A stretch of DNA of 64,000 nucleotides, from assembly GCA_001804285.1 (NCBI GenBank), contig MHFR01000042.1:14725-78724 (forward strand). Reading direction: 5' to 3'. The notes beneath the pieces were generated by a model that did no database searches, was not told where the DNA came from, and worked only from the letters and a program-made list of their open reading frames with translations. Each line of letters begins with the position of its first letter. Within the stretch, counting starts at the first letter, position 1. The DNA comes from Candidatus Danuiimicrobium aquiferis. Its GTDB lineage: Bacteria > Omnitrophota > Omnitrophia > Omnitrophales > Danuiimicrobiaceae. The position numbers were made by a program, and so were the translations under genes. Of the stretch, positions 1-9,000 are shown piece by piece.

Positions 1-85
1 AGTTTATAAAAATAGGCCGGATGAACTACGGAAAAATACACAAGATGCAAACCGCGTCAGATGGTATTTTGAGCAAATTGCAAGA

Positions 86-3000
86 TTGATTGATCAGGCA
101 GATTCTGAATTTTCAACGATGGACAGGGATCAAATTTCGCAACAGGGAATTCTAAGCACACATGAGCAATTTAAGCGGCATTTTCTCGCTTTACTCAAAC
201 GGCACGTGCAAGAATTTCAAGTTCCGATTTCTGAATATGAACTCCGGACATTCGTTTTAAAATGTCTAAAAGCTCCGGACTCACTTGATAAAGCGCTTCG
301 GGTAGAATTCAATTCCTTGTTGGATGAATTGGGAGCACTCAATTATCTCAAGATGGGCGAGTTGGCAGAAAGTTTTCAAACGTTAGCCGGCCGTTATGAA
401 GAATTAATAAAAGCCGCGGACAAAAAATGGATTCTTTCGGAGACGCGCGACCGAGTACAAATAGCGCAAAAAATTGCCGAAGACTTCGCCGGATTTGCGA
501 TAGATCCCAAGGATGAAGCGCGTAAGGTTTATGGACAAATGAGACGGAGCTCTATCCAGCGAAAAATTTTAAATCGGTTATCGCCGGTTCTTGCGGCTCA
601 TCAAGAGTTGCTTCAATCCGGATTGGAAGAGATTTACTTAAAAATTGATCTGGAAGAGAAAAATCGATTACGCAATCAATTCCATGCAAGCGATGTTCAT
701 GCCGCGGTGTTGGCTTATCTTCCGGAAGCGTTAAGGCCTTTATTTAATCTTGTGATTCAAACGATTGTTAAAAGACAGCCCGAAGATATTTTTGTTCATC
801 AGGCCGGTTTTCGGCTTGAATATTTTTTCGGACAGATCAATTTAAATGCGCGGAGCGCGGATCTTCTAAAAGATTTGAATCTTGTCGCGTATGCGGCGTG
901 GGAAATATTCCAAGCCTTGCCGCAAGTGGTGGCGGGGGCACGTTCCGAAGCGCGCAAAATTAGTGATAAGGCATCAGTCGTAAGGCATAAGAATTTAACT
1001 TATGCCTTAAGCCTTAAGCCTGAATTTTCGAGAGCCGAAGCGCGCAATACCCCGATGCGGCTTGACGTGACATTTCAAGGGACACCGTACAGATTTGAAA
1101 TGGATTCATGGAGTGTTGGCCAGAATCCCTCTCAATATCGGTTTCGATTATCGCAGGGCGTGCAGCACCGGGGCTATCTGATTGTTGATTACGATCAGCA
1201 AACAATCGGTTGGGAAGGGAAAGAACAGTTCCCGCGCGGTACGTTAATGGATCCGTTTTTAAAAGTGGCTTATGAGGCGTTGAAGGTAGATGAGAACAAA
1301 CGATCGGAAGTGCGGATGAAAGATAGTTCCGAGTTCCGGGGTAAAACAAAGAGATCAACTCGGAACTTTAAACTCGAAACTCAACCCCGTGCCCAAGTTC
1401 GTAACAATAAAGATAGTTCCAAGCAATTACCAATCGAAACGGACGAGAGTCCTCGCGAGACACAAGAGGCTCAAGCGAGGGCCGAAGCGCGGGGAATCGA
1501 ACAACAACTGGTCGGCACCTTTTTGCAAATGGCTTTATTTCATATACAGGACAACGCATCGCTTGCAGTTATTATAGAAGGTCCCGCGCCCAGAACTTTC
1601 TTTGAGGATCAAGACCAGCCGGAAGCAGTAGTTAATCGAGCGATAGGGCTTTTACAATCAATTTATGATCAAGTCAGAAGGGAGTCTCCTGACGGCAGCG
1701 GCGCTCCGTTTATTGTGAGAATGATGGAGATTTTGGGACGACCGACAGAACTGTTGCCAATGGACTTAGCTGCTGCGAAAAAATATTTTGCTTCTTCTGG
1801 TGAAGTGGCGGAAATAAAAAGCGAAAAGAAATTTGATCAATTTGAAGCACTTATGCCGGGCTGGCTTGCAAAACATCCGCCTTTTCTTTCGCAGTTAATT
1901 TCGGAACTTCCACCAATGGACGAAATCCAAAGGAAACATGGTGCCGCTCAAATACATACTGAAAATAGATATGCTGCCGGACCAATGAAACTTTTGGAAT
2001 GGAGTGTTCTGTTTGCAGGAAGTCCTCTGCGGCCCATTTATTATTATTTTGATTCAGATCCGGAATCGGGCGACATTGATAGCGTTACGGAAGTGGTTTT
2101 CGATTTAGCAGCTTATTTGAAAAGAGGGAAGTCCGGCGCGCATACGCTGATTTCGAGCGAAGAAATTGGGAGTCTATTCAAACAATTGGGACGATCTGAA
2201 GGAGCGACTCGATGGGTTATGACGGCTTCTTCTCCCGGTAGTTGGCAGAGCCGGATTAGCGTTACGCCAAGCGCTCAAGGGATGATGATTAAGATTGATG
2301 ACAATCATTTGGAATTTGATCCAAACACTCCTGACGATGAAGACGGCAACAAATTAATTAATTTTCTGAGGCAATATGGAATTGAGGAGCCGTTTTTTGG
2401 ATTGCCATTTCCGAAGCATGATGCTGCGACCACTGAGATAGCGCAATTTCTCGCCGATGTTTTTAAAGCCCGCGATGCGTTGCTTCGGAAATGGCGTATC
2501 CGGGCGAGTTTTGATCAGAGTTCCGGCCGAGTGACTTATGAAGCTGAAGGTGAAACCGTTTCTACGGATTTTGGTTACCAGGTTCCAATTCTTTCGGACA
2601 ACGGGGTTGTAACAGGGACGACGAAGGGGCCGGTTGAAGCAGAAATTAAAGACTTTCTTATGAAATTGGGAATTGATTTTAAGCCTTATGCGCAAGGGTT
2701 AACGATTCAAATGACTATCGGAAATGAGAATTATGATTTGGATGTGATCCATCATTTGCCTATCACGCTTGTAAAACTTGCTGAAGCTTTAGAAGCAAAA
2801 TCCAAAATGCCTTTCAGCGGTCACGGCCGGACAGTACCTGCGCTGGGAGTGTTAAATCAAGCAGGAGCTGTGCAATTGGTGACAGGCAGCTTAGACAAAA
2901 CCGTTCGTTTGTGGGACCTATCCACGGGTAAAGAAAGTAAGAAATTTGAAGGTTTCGCGGACGAAGTGACTGATGTTACCGTATCGCGTGACGGGCAGAA

Positions 3001-6000
3001 GGTGGCGGCGGCAAGCAAAGACGGCACGGTGAGGATTTGGAATGTCCAGTCAGATTCCGAACCAATCGTCATCGATACGCTTTCCGGGCCCCTTACTTCC
3101 ATTGATTTTTCTTTTGACGGCCAAAGGATTCTTACCGGCAGTAAACGCGGTGCGCTGCAACTTTGGGATGTGTTAATCGGTCGCTTTGTGGATGATTTGC
3201 CGATAAAGGCAAGAACAATTTTTGATGCCCAATTTTCTCCGGACGGACAAAGGATGGCTTCCTTATCCCATTCTATGGAAGATGGATTAAAGCTTTCCAT
3301 ATGGGACGTGCCTCAAAAGAAAATCATACGAACATTAGATCATGAGGCCTATCTGCAGACGTTTGCTTTTCATCCGAATGGCAAATGGTTGGTGACGGGA
3401 GATCAGGACTATCAAGTTTGTTTGTGGGACATTGAAACAGGCAGTAAACTCAGAACTTACCAGTCGGCCGTGAAACCCTTTGCTGTTGTTAATATACAAC
3501 CGCGCATTTTATCACTTGCCTTTTCTCCGGATGGGAAACTGGTTGCGGCCGGGAAACTGGATGGCAGTATTGAAGTGTGGGACGTTGAAACCGGCGGATC
3601 TCGTTACCTTTTCCAGAATTTGCCATTTAATGTTCCTACTTTAACATTTGCTCCGGATGGCCAATCTCTTATTTATTCAGGGTACAGACATAATGATACT
3701 TTTTTTGCGCCCATGCCGAGGATTATTGACTTGAGGCGCTATCCACAAACTTTCGTTTCGCATCGATATGGAAGAAGCGTTTCAAATGACGTGAGGCACT
3801 TCGTTTCAGGCGGGCAAGACATTACCCGTTCCGAAGTTCGTGAAGAAGAAGTGGCAGTCGGCAGTCAACAGTCCACAGATGTCATTGCGAGGAGCGGTAG
3901 CGACGAAGCAATCTCAGATTTGGGGATTGCTTCGGCAACACCTGGTTCACGTCTCGCAATGACGGGTAAATCCAGGGCCGAAGCGCGGGAAGGAAGCGCA
4001 CAAGTTCAAAAGAGCACACGTGCACAAGAAAATACGGAAACTTATGCGCCTATACCTGGTGCTCCTGTTCTCTTGCGAAGCAGCAGGTCTGAATCGCGGG
4101 CGGATGTTGATCCTAGGGTTTCTTCAGAACGTCATCGTGGTTCCCGACAACGCGGAGATAAAGGGAGTCGTCCATCCAGTCAAATGACAAACGGTAATGA
4201 ATATCAATTCGCGCTTCCCAAATATTTTTCGTTCCCTGGATTTTCTTTACATGGAGCGATGGATGTCGTGGATTTTCAGCAAGTATTTGGATTTGGCGGT
4301 CAGTTTTCTTTTGGATTGCAGATGGAAGAACTTGATAAAATTTTTGAAAGCTTTCGTAAGCGTATATTTTCACGAGTGGAGAAGTTTCAACAGTTCTTTA
4401 GCCGTGCCATTGCCCAAGATGCGTTTTGCGCGTTTGTTCTGGCTGGCAACGCTTTCTTTGGCTTGCCATTCCTTCGTCCAAAAATAAGCTTGGTCTGGAT
4501 TAATAGCAGAACGGCTTTTCAAGAAGATCGCAAACCTCAACACCTCTTGAGCTTCCGCCTCGGACAGCTGCTTAAAAATGATCGGCAGAATTTTATGAGT
4601 TTTCTTCGTTTCCATGTGCAAAATCTTAACACAGCACTCCATTTTATTCAACAGGAACTAACCGCTCGTTTGGAAATCAGCGGGGATATGGTGAATGGTA
4701 CGACTAATTACCACCAACCACTAATCACTAATCACGGACAAGTGAGGGCCGAAGCCCGCAACCTTGCGGCAGAAAATGGGACATTTTCTGCAATACCAAT
4801 CGAGGCGGGCAAGAGTACTTTTGATGTTTTGCCAGAAGCATCAAAACGTGCCGAAGCCCGGAAATCCGTGATATTAAGTTCGGGTAGAAACGGGAATACT
4901 CAAATTGATATGTTGAATATGGGTGAGAGGAATCCGGCGGCTCGCGTCGAGGATCTCCAAACCGAACACGCGCCCGTCTTTTCCGATGTCCATGATAATA
5001 CCGTCCCGGACTTTAATAGATTTTCCGACCTTTCCGGGTTGAAATCGTATGTAGAGCGCATCCGCTTCTTTATCAAATTCTATTTTCATCGGTTAACCCT
5101 TTTCCTCGAGCCAATAAGCCGTTATCAAAACCGTTTGATCCGCTTCCTTTTTGTAGACGACTTCCAGAATGTTATCATAGAAACGCTTTCTCGCCAAATA
5201 TCTTCCTCGATGAGCTTCTTTGGCGTTATCGGGACAGGTTACCGTTTCTTCGATCTGGCGTTGACTCAAATCCCGCTGCAAAATCCGTTTCTTGATATGT
5301 TTCGTGTATCTGAAAGTCATGAGTATCAGCTTCCATTATTAAAGAATAGGCAGCATAATAAGCCAGAAATGACTAATAATCAATATAATTATGCAGCAAA
5401 ATCAACCCGCTCCGAAGCGCGCCACGCTGAGGATAGCACCCAAGAAGTTTTTAATCAAAGCGCGCAAATGTCCTCGATACCGTCAAAATTGTTTACATCG
5501 AGGGCCGAAGCCCGCAACCTTGAAGCGGAAAATGGGACATTTTCTGCAACACCAATCGAAGCGGGCAAGAGTACTTTTGATGTTTCGACAGAAACATCAA
5601 AACGTGCCGAAGCGCGGATGCTTAAAGGTTTTAATACAGAGCAAAAAGCAATTATCGAAAAGACAGCGCATAAGCTGATCATGTTGTTCTTTTCTGACAA
5701 ATCCGTCACGGAACAGAATGCTTTGGAAAAAGATTTGATCAGCCGGATCCATCCCGCGACGTTGAGGCGGGTTATCTTTAGCAAAACAACTCTCATGACA
5801 ATCTCATGGACCCTGTGTATATCGGTCCTGCCGTTTGTTTTTCATCTATATAAATTAGTTGCTGTGTTTGGTTTTTTTGGCCTTTTTGCTCTGGGAAAGA
5901 TATTGGATCAGACCCTCAATGAAGAGACGCTGGGCTTTGTCAGCAAAGCCTATCCCGAAATATTTATCGGAACAGAATTGCCCGGATTTAAATTTGAACG

Positions 6001-9000
6001 CGGGGTCATTCATGAAATGCTGCACGTGTTGGCTAAAATGAAAAAAATTAAATATGATTCCCCATTCGCTTCCGCATTCGGCTTTCTGGCGGAGCATACT
6101 TCCTCGGATCCCGGGAAACCGCAGCTTTCCCCTTATCTGAGGCGTCCTGTTGGCAATTTGGGGGAAGGGATGGCGTTGGTTGAAAAAAATTTATCACCTC
6201 AAGAACGATGGGGGGCCTTGATTGCAAAATCGCTTTTTTCTGACAATTCTGAAAACATAACCAAACAAGATCCACGTGACTTTTTTGTCTCTTTAGCGCA
6301 TTGGTTGGAACCTGAAACGCGGGAATCCCGGGTATTGGGGGAATTATTGTCTGGGATGGCTTATGCCCTATCTCAGAAGAATTGGTTTGGTCTCGAGGAT
6401 GCGTGGGTTTATTTGGCCCGCATGGCAAAAGGAGAGCATCCTTTTGCTGTAGAAGAAGACCTAAACAATAAACAAAAAGAAAGAATATCCCATTCCAAAT
6501 TCCGCTCCGAAGCGCGCCAAGAGAGCGCACAAGAACACAAGCGCACAGGGACACAAGTAGAGATGAAAGCTGACGCGCCTGTGCCTTATGCTCCCATGCT
6601 CTTACGAAGCAGGGCCGAAGCGCGTTACAGCCGCAATAATCCAGAGCAGTCATCAATCGAAACGCGCAAGAGTCCTCGCGAGACACAAGAGGCTCAAGCG
6701 AGGGCCGAAGTGCGCGACGATAAAGACAGTTTAAAGCGTTCATCAATAGGAAGTGCACGAGAGTCCTCGATACGTTCCGAAGGGCTTGTATCGAGGGCCG
6801 AAGCCCGGACAATCTCAGAGCAAAAACGCTTTAGCCTGACACTGGAACACGTGAAGCCGCTTATTGAAAGAATTGCTGACACAGCCTATTTCCGTTGGCT
6901 TGCTAGAGATAAAGACAGCAGAACCGGTAAAAATGAAGGATTCGAAAAAGTGCAATGGCGGCGCTTGATAGATATTTCTGATCGTGCATGGGATCTTGAA
7001 AGTATGAGGCGGGAAGCATTAGGACAACTAGAAAAGTCCAATATGAACCCGGAATATTTAGAAAAAATAAAAAGCGAAACAAAAATAGAAATAATTATTT
7101 TGGAATATTTCGAGGAAGTTTTAGGGAGTTTAATCGGGAAATTAGAGTCTCCATTGAAATTGTCATTGAAAATGTTTTTGTTAAAAGCATACCCGCGTTC
7201 TGGGGAATGGACGGACTCTTTATTGGAAGAGGGAGCTATCGAAGCTGCGCGGAAAGAATATTATGACATCATTAATGAAATACTTAAGTGGCTTGATCCA
7301 ACATCAGTTTTGGAACGAGTTAATTCTCCCGAAGATTATCGAATTGATGTTTTAGGGCGGCCCAAGGATGGAGATATCCCTCGGATGGTTGACTTTCGAG
7401 GCAAACTTATCGCCAGAGAGAAAAAAGCCAAGCACCGAGCACCGTTTGCTTTTCGAAACGAACGGTTTGATACGATGATTCAAATTGGTCCCCAAGGCCT
7501 GGAAGAAGAAGAGATGCGCTTTCTTCAAAGTGCTTTTGATGAAAAGCCTGAAACTGATTCAGCCCCTACATTTTATGCCGTATTTTTTCCTCCATTTAGC
7601 TATTTATTGATCAGGAGATCGGTAATTAAGCAACGCGTAGTTTTCGATGTTGTTCCGGGTCGATGGGAGAAAGCGGTTCCGAATCCTAAAAAAATGCTCC
7701 CCTTTTTTATTAAGCGAGTGATCGATTACTATCAATTATTAGATAATCGCAAACCTCCTCAGATTTTGCTCGAGTTAGCTACGATCCCCATGCATTGGAA
7801 TGAAAGAAAGGTTCTTTTTGAGGAAAGCTATTTTGAGCCAGGTGATCCGGATTTTCGATCTGCGGCAACAACATATCCAGTACATTTTGAAAATGTATTG
7901 CGTAAGATTCGCTCCCGTTCCGAAGCGCGCCACCTTGAGGATAGCAATGATGTCATTCCCGCGAAGGCGGGAATCCAGCTGGATCCCCACTTTCGTGGGG
8001 ATGACACCGATTCCCGTGCCGAAGTACGTTCACAGATAGAAAAGACAAAACCCGAAAGTCCGATGGATTTGGTATTCGAGACTTTAGATCCACAAAAAAT
8101 AGCTGCTCAGATTGCAGCATCTAAGTATATAGAAGGTGAACTTGGAGAATTGAGCGCTCAAGTCACAAAAACAGGGCAAGGCAAACTGGATTCTGCGAAA
8201 GTCGAACTGGGCGCATTTTCGAAAAATTTAATAACAGAAATTAATAAACGTTCTGAAGTAAGACAAATTGCGGATTTTATATTTTCCGACGAAATAGAAC
8301 AGATGGCCAAGGATAGGGTGAATTTGTCATTCCCGCATGCTGTAAGCGGGAATCTATGGATCCCCGCTTTCGCGGGGATGACGGACGTGCTTATTAATCG
8401 TGCGCGTCTGGTTGTTTTCAATTCTGTTATTGGAGAGAATATTGCGATGGCCGATGAAGCATTACCAGCTTTGAGTGAGATCTCAAGCGAAGCGGCATTT
8501 TTACTCGCGCATCCGGATATTTTGAATGAAGCATATCGAATCAAATTTGGAAAAAGAACAGACAATGCAACCATACGCGCCGATCACGAATGGATCATCG
8601 GCATGGAATTTTTACCTCAAGCGTCAGATCCGCGGAGAATGGCGGCTGAACAGTTTTTGCGGAATTTAGTGCAAGCAAAAGACCGGGTGGCATTGACTTA
8701 TCAAAAAAATTCTCCTTACGCCGATATGGCAAGCGAGTTATCACAATCAATTCCGCAATTGTCACTTGTGGGGCACCGGTCAGATCTTGATCAAAAGAGA
8801 TTCGAAAGAGTATTTGGTATTTCGTATCCGTTTGTTATTGTGTCGGATAGCGTACCGTTTAAGACATCAACATGGCGGAAAAACGGAGTTCGCATTAATC
8901 CATATATGGCGCTTCGGTTGAAATTGGAATTTTCACAATTTATACGGCTGACACAATTTGCTGTCGAAGCCGGACTTCTCCGGAAGCAAATAGAAGAAAT

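Noticed and set aside
4100-5420. The locus could be a classical integron cassette array, with TA cassettes and short boundary repeats.
   Set aside because: No intI integrase, attI site or Pc promoter is in the window. The boundary motif is a short direct repeat, not a 60-140-nt attC with RYYYAAC/GTTRRRY cores. I keep it only as an analogy.
6048-6812. The 254-aa minus-strand ORF, and other minus-strand ORFs at 1014-1559, 2354-3300, 5455-6097 and 8158-8574, could be genes.
   Set aside because: They have low-complexity, Arg/Ser/Pro-rich composition typical of the antisense frame of a real gene. They have no family resemblance. They overlap the giant plus-strand CDS.
900-8300. The repeat-spacer clusters could be CRISPR arrays.
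   Set aside because: The repeats are only ~12-16 nt and degenerate. The spacers of 75-130 nt recur as near-identical copies. Everything is read in-frame within a CDS. No cas genes or leader are visible.
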